From assembly GCA_046045965.1 (NCBI GenBank), contig JBJOKS010000032.1, positions 1 to 49,381 of the forward strand: DNA of 49,381 nt. The letters are read 5' to 3'. The stretch comes from Cyanobacteriota bacterium. GTDB lineage: Bacteria > Cyanobacteriota > Cyanobacteriia > Cyanobacteriales > Nostocaceae. This document shows, piece by piece, positions 31,043 through 40,209 of this stretch (position 1 is the first letter of the stretch; each line of letters starts with the position of its first letter). Position numbers and translations under genes: made by a program. The notes beneath the pieces were generated by a model. That model did no database searches. It worked only from the letters and a program-made list of their open reading frames with translations, and was not told the DNA's origin.

Positions 31043-31801
31043 TCATAACAAAGGCCTTTGCGTCGGTACACCAACAGCACGAGGAAAATGAGAAGGTGTA
31101 TTTTCCACCTTTCGCAAATATAAACAATGACGAATACCATTAGTCAAAGGAGTTGTAAATTCTTCAACTAATTCAACTCTTCCACCTAACTGCTGCACTG
31201 CATTTTCTAAACTTTGGTTTTCTTCCTGAGTCCAACTTCCGCGATAAATTACAGCCAAACCACCCTTTTTCACTAAAGGTAAACTATATTCAGCACAAGC
31301 AGAAACAGTACCCACAGCACGAATAACAGCTAAATCATAACTTTGTCTGTGTTTACTTGTCTGTCCAATTTCTTCTACTCTCCCCACAATTGTTTTAGCA
31401 TTGGTGAGAGTAAGATTATTTAAAATCGTGTCAATAAAATTAATTTTTTTGCGAGTAGAATCTAACAAAGTCACCTGAGAATTAGGGAAAATAATTGAAA
31501 TTGGTAAACCAGGAAACCCCGCACCAGTACCAATATCAATTACCGATGCACCTTGATGAAGAAAATCAATAAAATGCTGTTTTGGTGCAACTCCCCTTAA
31601 AGAGTCCCAAAGATGTTTTTCCCAAAATTCTGCCGGTTCAGTAATACGCGTTAAATTTAGATGAAGATTAGCTTCAATAACTAATTCATAGAGTTTTTGC
31701 AATTGATTTTGTTGTTCATTTGTTGGTTGCCAATTTAACGTTTTTTGCCAAACTTCCACCATTTCAGGTAAACTAGATACAGACTCTAAACTCATATTCA
31801 C
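31043..31801 (-). CDS. rsmG: 16S rRNA m7G527 methyltransferase
   Basis: NLTRI, KHLWDSL, IDIGTGAGFPG and FPRAVGVP motifs. Confidence 0.97.
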   Translation of the reverse strand: MNMSLESVSSLPEMVEVWQKTLNWQPTNEQQNQLQKLYELVIEANLHLNLTRITEPAEFWEKHLWDSLRGVAPKQHFIDFLHQGASVIDIGTGAGFPGLPISIIFPNSQVTLLDSTRKKINFIDTILNNLTLTNAKTIVGRVEEIGQTSKHRQSYDLAVIRAVGTVSACAEYSLPLVKKGGLAVIYRGSWTQEENQSLENAVQQLGGRVELVEEFTTPLTNGIRHCLYLRKVENTPSHFPRAVGVPTQRPLL

Positions 31802-31865
31802 TCAATTAATTATCTCAAACTCTTTGCGGTCTTCTTTGGGTCTTTGCGTAAAACTTTTTGATTTT

Positions 31866-32537
31866 TCAATTCACAACTGCTTCTTTCATCTTAGTTTCCA
31901 ATATTTTCGGTTCAACCGATTCTAAAACACCATGATTTAATGTCCAACAACGGTCTGCTATTGGCAAAATATCCCCAGCGTCGTGTGTTACAACTAATAA
32001 AGTCCAATCTTTTTTGAGTTTCGCTAATAAATTTACTAATTGATGACGCATTGACCAATCTAAACCTGCTGTGGGTTCATCTAATAGTAATAAATTTGGT
32101 TGTCTAATTAATTGAACTGCTAAAGCTAAACGCCGTTGTTGTCCACCGCTTAAAGCATGGGGTGATGCAGAAAGTGATAAATGGTCTAATCCCACTTCGC
32201 TTAATGCTTGGTGAACTCGCTCTGTCCCTAATTCGGGATGGCCTAAACGCAATTCTTCTAAAATTGTACCACCGCAAAAGTGCCTTTCGGGAAATTGAAA
32301 CACTATCCCAGCCAATTGTTGTAGTTGTTCAGCTATTAGTGGTTGTTCTCTCCAGAAAGCTGCTCCAGAGGTAGGTTCAGCTAATCCTGATAAAATTTCT
32401 AATAAAGTGCTTTTACCGGAACCACTAGGGCCAATAATCAGACCTAATTGCTGGGGTGGTAATTCCAGGTTAACGGATTTGAGAATTGCTGACGGACAAG
32501 CTGTGGGGTGATAAGTTAGATTTCTGAGATAGAGCAT
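31866..32537 (-). CDS. ABC/ECF-type transporter ATP-binding protein
   Basis: GPSGSGKS, VFQFPE, LSGGQ, LLLDEP and VTHD motifs. Confidence 0.95.
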   Translation of the reverse strand: MLYLRNLTYHPTACPSAILKSVNLELPPQQLGLIIGPSGSGKSTLLEILSGLAEPTSGAAFWREQPLIAEQLQQLAGIVFQFPERHFCGGTILEELRLGHPELGTERVHQALSEVGLDHLSLSASPHALSGGQQRRLALAVQLIRQPNLLLLDEPTAGLDWSMRHQLVNLLAKLKKDWTLLVVTHDAGDILPIADRCWTLNHGVLESVEPKILETKMKEAVVN

Positions 32538-32800
32538 TTGTTAAAATTACCAAAAAGTCAGCGAACAACTGATGGACTAGACGCAAAGTTCCGTAACCAA
32601 AACCTGATCCAGCAGCAAGAAGCATTTAATTTTTTCTATTGTGGCAGACTTACAGGAAAAAATCGCTACAACAAGGGAGAAAACCTGGATGGATGAAGTA
32701 GATTTTTTGTCAGTAATAGAGGCATTTTTTAGTTAACCATTTTTTTGCATTTTAAGTAACACATACGACAAATTCAACCGTAATTATTCTGAGTATTTCC

Positions 32801-33733
32801 ATGTCTAAACAGTTTTTGATTCCTCAATTAACAATGTTTGTGGGATTTTCTAGGATTGCTAAAGTGACTTTCGCTACGACTATCGCTTTAAATTTATGGG
32901 TAAATCCCTCATTAGCTGGTGATCCATTTCGTAGTAGTGAACCCCACAAAATTGGCGATCGCACTGAAGCAGCTTTTAAAGCCATGTTCCAGCAAGGAAA
33001 CTACCCAGAAGCAAAAAATCACCTGAACAAAGCTATTAAAGATGAACCAGATGAACCTTTAGCTTATGCGTTGCAAGCATCTTTAGCTTATGGTAATAAA
33101 GATATAGCTAATTTGGAATTGTACAGCAAAAAAACTTTAGAAGCTGGACAAAAACTCATTTCTACAAACCCTCTGCGTGGTAATTTATATATTGCAGTCG
33201 GCAATTTTTTAGAAGGTGCAGTAATTCTTACCCGTAAAGGTACTATCAATGGTGCTTCACAAGCATTGAGTCAGTTAAAAAAGGTCTATGAATATTTAAA
33301 CAAAGCAGAAGCGATTGATGCCAAAGATCCAGAGTTGAATTTAATTCAAGGCTATATGGATTTAATGTTAGCAGTTAATTTACCTTTTGCTAGTCCAGAT
33401 CAATCCATTGAAAGACTGGAAAAAAATGCAGCACCTGGGTATTTAGTAGATAGAGGTATTGCGTTAGCCTACCGGGATTTGAAAAAATATACCCAAGCAT
33501 TAGATTATGTTAATCGCGCTTTAAAAACCACTGCTGACAACCCAGAAATTTATTATCTTAAAGCCCAAATTCTCCACGAACAGGGTAAAAAGGAAAAAAG
33601 CCAGAATTTAATTAAAGATGCGATCGCTAATTTTGATAAAGCTTTAACCAAAAAATCTCAACTTCCTGCTAGTTTAGTCAAACAAATTGAATCTGAACGC
33701 AATCAGGCAAAAAACCGACTCAATAATATATGA
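32801..33733 (+). CDS. Sll0314/Alr1548-type TPR protein
   Basis: Signal peptide, AGDPFR start and DPELNLIQGYMDLMLAVNLPF motif, TPR helices. Confidence 0.8.
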   Translation: MSKQFLIPQLTMFVGFSRIAKVTFATTIALNLWVNPSLAGDPFRSSEPHKIGDRTEAAFKAMFQQGNYPEAKNHLNKAIKDEPDEPLAYALQASLAYGNKDIANLELYSKKTLEAGQKLISTNPLRGNLYIAVGNFLEGAVILTRKGTINGASQALSQLKKVYEYLNKAEAIDAKDPELNLIQGYMDLMLAVNLPFASPDQSIERLEKNAAPGYLVDRGIALAYRDLKKYTQALDYVNRALKTTADNPEIYYLKAQILHEQGKKEKSQNLIKDAIANFDKALTKKSQLPASLVKQIESERNQAKNRLNNI

Positions 33734-33825
33734 TAATTTAGTCATTAGTTATTAGTCATGGGTCATTAGTCATTAGAGCAAGAATTCTTCCCAATTACCC
33801 ATTACCTATTACCCATTACCAAAAA

Positions 33826-34278
33826 ATGCACATTCAATTCCGCGAAGTTAATCCTTTTGATGTTTGGATTTGGTTTAAGTTCAGTAACATTCCCTCAGAA
33901 CGAGAAAAACAATATGTAGAAGAAGTTTTCAACTCCTGGTTTTATCTAGGAAAATTAGGTGGTTTTAATGCCGAAAACTTGCAAGTGCAAGAAACTGGTT
34001 TGGATCTTAGCTACATGGATTATGATGTCCAAGGTTATGATAAAAGTATGTTAGCTTTGATGCACAACATGGGTGAATTTGAATATGAAGGAGAATGGGG
34101 AAGATGCTGGTTTGATTTAGGAACAAGTGATGCGATCGCCTTAGATATTCTCATCAATTCCCTCACGCAATTAAGTGAAGAATACGTCACCATTGAAGCT
34201 TTATATATCGGTGGTGAAAACGAAAATTGGCCAGTTGAAGATAGTGAAACTCGCGCCTACTCAATTGATGATAATTAA
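33826..34278 (+). CDS. DUF3531 family protein
   Basis: FNSWFYLGKLGGFNAENLQ and WFDLGTSD motifs. Confidence 0.85.
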   Translation: MHIQFREVNPFDVWIWFKFSNIPSEREKQYVEEVFNSWFYLGKLGGFNAENLQVQETGLDLSYMDYDVQGYDKSMLALMHNMGEFEYEGEWGRCWFDLGTSDAIALDILINSLTQLSEEYVTIEALYIGGENENWPVEDSETRAYSIDDN

Positions 34279-34296
34279 TAGCAACTAATAGTAACA

Positions 34297-34728
34297 ATGA
34301 ATAAACCAGGTGAAATTCGGGTCATAGTTTTAGCATTAATTCGAGACGGCGACAGAATCTTTGTTTCTGAAGGATATGATCCTACCAAACAATCAACATT
34401 TTATCGGGCTTTAGGTGGTGGTGTAGAATTTGGTGAAACCAGTCTCATAGCATTGGAACGAGAATTTCAAGAAGAAATACAAGCTGATTTAAGCAACATT
34501 CGTTATTTAAGTTGTATCGAAAACCTGTTTATTTACGATGGTAAACAAGGACATGAAATCATCCAACTTTATCAATGTGAGTTTGCTGATCCTAAATTTT
34601 ATCAAATCGAAAGTTTAACATTTTCCGAAACACCAGAAAAGAAACATCGCGCTTTATGGGTAGAAATAGAAAAATTCAAATCAGGAGAATTAAGATTAGT
34701 CCCAGAAGTGTTTTTTGATTATTTGTAA
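34297..34728 (+). CDS. NUDIX hydrolase
   Basis: Nudix box GGGVEFGET...ALEREFQEE. Confidence 0.93.
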   Translation: MNKPGEIRVIVLALIRDGDRIFVSEGYDPTKQSTFYRALGGGVEFGETSLIALEREFQEEIQADLSNIRYLSCIENLFIYDGKQGHEIIQLYQCEFADPKFYQIESLTFSETPEKKHRALWVEIEKFKSGELRLVPEVFFDYL

Positions 34729-34734
34729 ACCCAT

Positions 34735-34763
34735 ATCCCCGAATTTTTTAATAAGTCGGGGAT
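34735..34763. repeat. Small dispersed palindromic repeat
   Basis: ATCCCCGAATT...AAGTCGGGGAT; same family as 12242-12274. Confidence 0.7.
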
Positions 34764-34817
34764 CTATTTCAAGAAATGCTATAATTAACCAATAACATCA
34801 ACTAACGAGAGTGAATT

Positions 34818-35378
34818 ATGTCTATGAAACTATTAACCAGACGTTTCACAGTTACCCAATATCATCAAATGAATGAAGCAGGAATTTTAACAGAAGATGA
34901 TAGAGTAGAATTAATGAACGGAGAAATTATTGAAATGTCACCCATTGGAAGAAGACACGCAGCTTGTGTAGATAGACTAAATTATTTACTAGGTAATTTA
35001 TTAACTACGAAAGTAATTATCAGAGTTCAAAATCCCCTAATTCTAGATAATCTTTCAGAACCCCAACCAGACATATCATTACTTAAACCCCGTGCAGATT
35101 TTTATGAATCTGGACATCCTCAACCATCGGATGTATTATTATTAATAGAAGTTGCAGATAGCAGTTTTGAATATGATCGAGATATCAAAATTCCTCTTTA
35201 TGCAGCTAGTGGTATTTTAGAAGTTTGGTTAGTTGATATCATTGAACAAAAAATCATCGTTTATCGTCAACCTACAGAAAATGGTTATATTGAAATCACA
35301 ACTTTTAAACGTGCTGAAATTTTAGATATCCTTGCATTTCCTGAAGTTAAAATTACCGTTGATAGTATTTTAGGATAG
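34818..35378 (+). CDS. Uma2-family endonuclease
   Basis: ELMNGEI, EPQPD, LLIEVADSS..YDR..K..LYA and EVWLVD motifs. Confidence 0.93.
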   Translation: MSMKLLTRRFTVTQYHQMNEAGILTEDDRVELMNGEIIEMSPIGRRHAACVDRLNYLLGNLLTTKVIIRVQNPLILDNLSEPQPDISLLKPRADFYESGHPQPSDVLLLIEVADSSFEYDRDIKIPLYAASGILEVWLVDIIEQKIIVYRQPTENGYIEITTFKRAEILDILAFPEVKITVDSILG

Positions 35379-35398
35379 AATCAATTACCAATTACCAA

Positions 35399-35731
35399 TT
35401 AATCATATCTATCCTTTTTTAATTTAATCACCTGCATCACATTATCATGATCTTGACCATTAATAATATCTTTGAGATGAATTTTTCCATCAATATACTG
35501 TAAATGAATACGCCAACCTGATATTTTATCAATATCAGCACGATAGATAGCTTGCTTAATACCCGTTACTTTGTGTAATCTTGTTTTTGGAAACGTCCTC
35601 GTTCTGTGACATTCATTATCTTCTAATTCGGCTAAAGCTTCCAGAAAATCAGGTTTCAAATCCTTTGGTAAAATTCTCATAGCTTCATGAATTACACCAT
35701 ATTCATCTAGAAGAGGTTTAATTTGTGCCAT
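35399..35731 (-). CDS. Putative RelE/HigB-fold protein, 110 aa
   Basis: LHKVTG..IYRADI..GWRIHLQY..IHLKDI..HD resembles the RelE/HigB strand pattern; ATG overlaps the upstream stop (TAATG at 35729-35733). Confidence 0.6.
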   Translation of the reverse strand: MAQIKPLLDEYGVIHEAMRILPKDLKPDFLEALAELEDNECHRTRTFPKTRLHKVTGIKQAIYRADIDKISGWRIHLQYIDGKIHLKDIINGQDHDNVMQVIKLKKDRYD

Positions 35732-36120
35732 TAACAACAATTAACTTCTAAATCTTGATTTTCTTCCACCGTGAAATCTTGATAAATCATTTCCGCAACA
35801 GCATTATAAGCTTTTTGGGCATTTTTATAATTAACTATTCTAAATAAAGTTATTAATATACAACCAAAGATTGGATCATCATCAATAGTTAAAATTATTC
35901 TTTGGTGATCATTAATTTTCAAACAATAGATTGTAGAATCATAGTCATGATTGAGTTTAATGTTTCTCAGTTGTTCGCTATGTTCATAAAAAGAATTATT
36001 TTCAGATGAAAGAAGTTCAAAATTAAGATTCATTTCTTTAATAATTCTAAACTTCTCCGTATCTGAAAACTTTTCTAAATCTTTTTCAAAATCCTTTGTC
36101 GATTCAATGAGTATATCCAT
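35731..36120 (-). CDS. Putative RelE/ParE-fold protein, 129 aa, acidic
   Basis: ILIESTKDFEKDLEKF N-terminus and IYCLKIN..QRIILTID..LITLFRIV pattern; GGAG SD upstream of ATG 36120. Confidence 0.6.
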   Translation of the reverse strand: MDILIESTKDFEKDLEKFSDTEKFRIIKEMNLNFELLSSENNSFYEHSEQLRNIKLNHDYDSTIYCLKINDHQRIILTIDDDPIFGCILITLFRIVNYKNAQKAYNAVAEMIYQDFTVEENQDLEVNCC

Positions 36121-36196
36121 CAATTGAACTCCTGAGTCGAAAATTCAAGGTTACTTTAAATTTACCCTATTTACAGAAATATTAAATATGAATTAT

Positions 36197-39100
36197 TTAC
36201 ACAGTCACTCCTTCTAATTCCTCATCACTCAACTCATACAACTGACGCAATTTTTCTAACCTATCTTTATCAGCTTCCCATAAACCGCGTCCGTGTGCTT
36301 CTAACATTCTGCTGACAATATTTCTAAAAGCTTCCGGGTTAGCTTTGCGTAATTTTTCCGCCATTTCTGCATCTAAAGCATAGGTATCTGCGGCTTGTTC
36401 ATAAACCCAATGATCACGAAAATCAGCAGTACCACCCCAACCTATTAAAGCAGTCATGCGTTGAGAAATTTCAAAAGCACCACCAGAACCTTGACTAGCC
36501 ATTGCTTCAGCCCATTTAGGATTTAATAACTTAGTTCTGTACTCCATTCTTAACAAATCATCTAAATTTCTGGGGGTAGTATCCTTAGAAAAACTTTCCA
36601 CAAAACTAGCTGTAACTTTTTTCCCGCTTTGCTGTTCAGCCGCTTTTTTCAAACCTCCAGTATTAGCGTAATATTCCTGAATATCAGTTAAACCATATTC
36701 TACCGAATCTATTTCTTGAACAATGCGATCGCTCGTTTTTAACAAAGTCTGCAAAACTTCCGGCCTAGCTTGTCCCTTATCATTTCTACCATAACTAAAC
36801 ACATTGCGACTTTCCCAAGTTTTACCCAACTCATCGCCATTTTCCCAATTACCATCCACCACTCTATCATTAACCAAAGAACCAAAATCACCAGAAGGGT
36901 TAGAAAACAATCTTGCTGAAGAATTTTCCACACCTTGCGCTTTTAATTCTAAAGCGTGTTTTCTAATAAAATTTAATTCCTCCGGTTCATCAACTTCCGC
37001 AGCACGAAGAAACAAATCATCCAATAATTCAATAATATTCACAAAACTATCACGGAAAATACCAGATAGATTTCCTAACACATCAATGCGCGGATGTCCC
37101 ACGTCAGAAAGAGGTTTCAAATCATATCTAACAATTCTTCCCGTACCCTCCTTAACAGGTTCAGCACCCACCAATTCTAAGAGAATTCCTAAAGATTCAC
37201 CCTTAGTTTTAATAGCATCCAAACCCCATAACAAAACCGCCACAGTTTCAGGATATTTCTTACTCTCATTTAAAGACTGAGAAATAATTTTCTTAGCAAT
37301 TTCCCTACCCCTTTCAAAAGCAGCAGGAGAAGGCATTCTATAGGGATCTAAAGCGTGAATATTGCGACCAGTAGGTAACACACCCGCCCCATCCCTCAAC
37401 AAATCTCCACCAGGTGCAGGAGGAATAAACTCACCATTTAAACCCCGTAAAAGATTAGTTAACTCATCAGTAGATTGATTCAACAAACTTGTAATTATTT
37501 TCTCTTCTTCTTCTCTTCTTCCTTCGTGTTCTTCGCTTCTTCGTGGTTCGTTTTCTTCCCCAAAAAAAGCATCCAAATAACTATTTAACTCCTCCTCATT
37601 TGGTGCTTCACCCAAAACGTGCAAACCAGAAGAAAACAACCGATTTTCTAACACCTGCAAATACTCATACAACTTCACCAAATAATGATCAAAAGCATGA
37701 CCACTAAACATCCTCACATTTTCCGGTGTAAACGGAATCCCCAATTTTTTCGCATCATCAAAAGGACAATCAACATCCAGACCAGTATCAACAATCTTCT
37801 TACAAATTCCCTCTTTTAACAAATAATTCTTCTTAGGATCTTCCCGATATTCAGCAATCAAATCACGTAAATTCACCAACTCCTTATATAGACCAGCCCG
37901 TCCATAAGGTGGTACATTATGAGAAATCAACACCCCATAACCACGACGTTTAGCTAAAATTGATTCTGAAGGATTATTAGCAGCATAGATATATAAATTA
38001 GGCAGATTTCCTAACAGAATATCCGACCAAGAATAACCAGTATTTCCTAAAGGAGAACCCGGCAACCATTCAACAGTTCCGTGCATTCCAAAATGAACAA
38101 TTGCATCAGCTTGAAACTCATTTTGCAACCATTTATAATAAGCTGCATATTGGGGATGAGGTGTTAAATCTCGCTCAAACATTAACCGCATCGGATCGCC
38201 TTGAATTCCCAAAGGTGGCTGTACACCAATCCAAATATTTCCTAAATTTACCCCACCAATATGTAATTCATCACCGTAGGTTTTTATTCGCGCACTTGTT
38301 AAAGATTTCCATTGTTTTTCAATGCGAGAAGTGCGGAGATAACCTAACCAGGTTTCTAATTTTCGTGCATTAACAGTATTAGCATTTGTAGGAAAGGGTT
38401 TATCTTTTTCCCAGGTTTCCATTTCTTCATCTACTGCTTTTACCTGTCTAATTAATTCCTCTCCATCTTCAGGAATTTCACCAATTGTATAACCCTGTTG
38501 TTTGAGTGCATGAAGTAATTTAATTAGACTGCGAGGAACATTTAATAATGCAGCAGTTCCGACAGCACCATAACCAGGAGGAAAACCATATAAAATGATG
38601 GCAATTTTTCTTTCTGCTGCTTGTTTTTGTCTTAATGAAACCCAACTTTTTACCCTATCAATTAAACGCTGTACTCGTTCAGGAACTAAATAAATATTTT
38701 CCCCTACTAAACCACCCAAAGGAATTGTATCAATTGCTCCATCTAATTCAGGAAGTGCATATAAAACCACACTTTGTAAACCGCCAATTCCTTGACGAGT
38801 CCATGAATGGATATCTTGAATTAATAAAGGTGCAGCGACAATATAAGGAATATTTTTAGCGGTTAAAATGCGTTTTGCAACTTCAATTTGTCTTCCTGCT
38901 TCCATTGAACCCGCAGGTCCACCAACTAAGGGAAAACCAATAGTAGAAATTATGGCATCAACTTTGACTGCTTCTGAAGAAAGGGAGGGTGTTTCGATGT
39001 TTCCTTGTTGTCTTTGTTGGGTTTCATAGTCGGTTGTCATCCAGTCACGGACAGCAACATGACCTTCAACTCCGTTAATAAAAATGGGTAAAGGTATTAA

Positions 39101-39901
39101 ACCCGAATCTTCAAATTTTTTGATTAATTGGGGGATATAATTCTGTTTTGTAATAACGTGTTTTCTATAAAGTAAAATACCGATAACTGGGGACTGGGAA
39201 CTGGGGACTGGGGACTGGGAAGAAATATTTTTTTGATACCATTCAAGATATGCTTTTGGTGATGTGAAATACCCTGGATATTCAGGATGTAGTAACCCCA
39301 TGTTGGGGGTTTCAATAGGTGCAGGAATGTCACCGACTCTTAAATCTAAGTATTTTTCCGCAAGTTTCCAAAATAAAGCTGCTACATTTTCTGTTCCGCC
39401 GGCGTTCCAGTAACCGTATATAATTAGCCAGTTGCGGAGGTCTTGAACTTTTTGTACTGGTACGAATTTTAATAATTTGGGTCCGATTTTTAAGAAACTA
39501 ATATAACCTGCAAGTTTGTCTTCTTCTTTACCGTTGCTAAATTTGTCAAGGATGAATTTAACGGGTTTTGGCATTCCTTTAGGTTTATCACCAATAGAAA
39601 ACGCGCCTATTTTCGTTAAACTCATTAATTCTAGTGCTGATTCAAAAATAAGCCGGATGGGAATGTTAGCAATATGTTCCCGCAACCATAAAACTTGGTC
39701 ATAGTCAAATATTAAACTACCAAAAAACACATCAGCACCTTTAAGTGCAGCTTGTACCTCGTCCGGGTTGGTGGTAATATTGCGATCGCTAAACACCCGA
39801 ATATCTAACTCAGGACAGCGAGAAATAGCCAAAAAAGCCGCTTTTCGGTACAAGTCAGCGTTAAACGATTCAAACCCAGCAATTAAGACAATGCGTTTCA
39901 T
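36197..39901 (-). CDS. bchH: Magnesium chelatase subunit H paralog (CobN/BchH/ChlH family, 1234 aa)
   Basis: VHFGMHGTVEWLPG, YAANNPSE, LPTGRNIHALDP and RTKLLNPKW motifs. Confidence 0.92.
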   Translation of the reverse strand: MKRIVLIAGFESFNADLYRKAAFLAISRCPELDIRVFSDRNITTNPDEVQAALKGADVFFGSLIFDYDQVLWLREHIANIPIRLIFESALELMSLTKIGAFSIGDKPKGMPKPVKFILDKFSNGKEEDKLAGYISFLKIGPKLLKFVPVQKVQDLRNWLIIYGYWNAGGTENVAALFWKLAEKYLDLRVGDIPAPIETPNMGLLHPEYPGYFTSPKAYLEWYQKNISSQSPVPSSQSPVIGILLYRKHVITKQNYIPQLIKKFEDSGLIPLPIFINGVEGHVAVRDWMTTDYETQQRQQGNIETPSLSSEAVKVDAIISTIGFPLVGGPAGSMEAGRQIEVAKRILTAKNIPYIVAAPLLIQDIHSWTRQGIGGLQSVVLYALPELDGAIDTIPLGGLVGENIYLVPERVQRLIDRVKSWVSLRQKQAAERKIAIILYGFPPGYGAVGTAALLNVPRSLIKLLHALKQQGYTIGEIPEDGEELIRQVKAVDEEMETWEKDKPFPTNANTVNARKLETWLGYLRTSRIEKQWKSLTSARIKTYGDELHIGGVNLGNIWIGVQPPLGIQGDPMRLMFERDLTPHPQYAAYYKWLQNEFQADAIVHFGMHGTVEWLPGSPLGNTGYSWSDILLGNLPNLYIYAANNPSESILAKRRGYGVLISHNVPPYGRAGLYKELVNLRDLIAEYREDPKKNYLLKEGICKKIVDTGLDVDCPFDDAKKLGIPFTPENVRMFSGHAFDHYLVKLYEYLQVLENRLFSSGLHVLGEAPNEEELNSYLDAFFGEENEPRRSEEHEGRREEEEKIITSLLNQSTDELTNLLRGLNGEFIPPAPGGDLLRDGAGVLPTGRNIHALDPYRMPSPAAFERGREIAKKIISQSLNESKKYPETVAVLLWGLDAIKTKGESLGILLELVGAEPVKEGTGRIVRYDLKPLSDVGHPRIDVLGNLSGIFRDSFVNIIELLDDLFLRAAEVDEPEELNFIRKHALELKAQGVENSSARLFSNPSGDFGSLVNDRVVDGNWENGDELGKTWESRNVFSYGRNDKGQARPEVLQTLLKTSDRIVQEIDSVEYGLTDIQEYYANTGGLKKAAEQQSGKKVTASFVESFSKDTTPRNLDDLLRMEYRTKLLNPKWAEAMASQGSGGAFEISQRMTALIGWGGTADFRDHWVYEQAADTYALDAEMAEKLRKANPEAFRNIVSRMLEAHGRGLWEADKDRLEKLRQLYELSDEELEGVTV

Positions 39902-40100
39902 GTCACTCAGTTACGAAATCTTTCTTTACTTTGATCTTAAACATTATTGCGGGGTAATGGGGGAATATCTACCTAGAGTGTAAAATATCTCATTTTCCCG
40001 TTTAGGCTGAAGAGGATGTATTTACCTTTTTTCTCGGCAATTGGAAATATACGAGTTATCTTGTGATTACATAAATATCTAGTTGCTGCCAATTTTGAGC

Positions 40101-40125
40101 AATTATGATATGTGATATCATAATT
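40101..40125. promoter_or_regulatory. Perfect AT-rich palindrome, candidate operator
   Basis: AATTATGATAT-GTG-ATATCATAATT between divergent bchH and amidase genes. Confidence 0.45.
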
Positions 40126-40209
40126 TTGGTTTTCTGAATAGAAAGAATCTCAAACAAGCAGATTTTCTTAATCAAATCTTTTCTTTTGAAAGTAAGTTGA
40201 GGATACACC

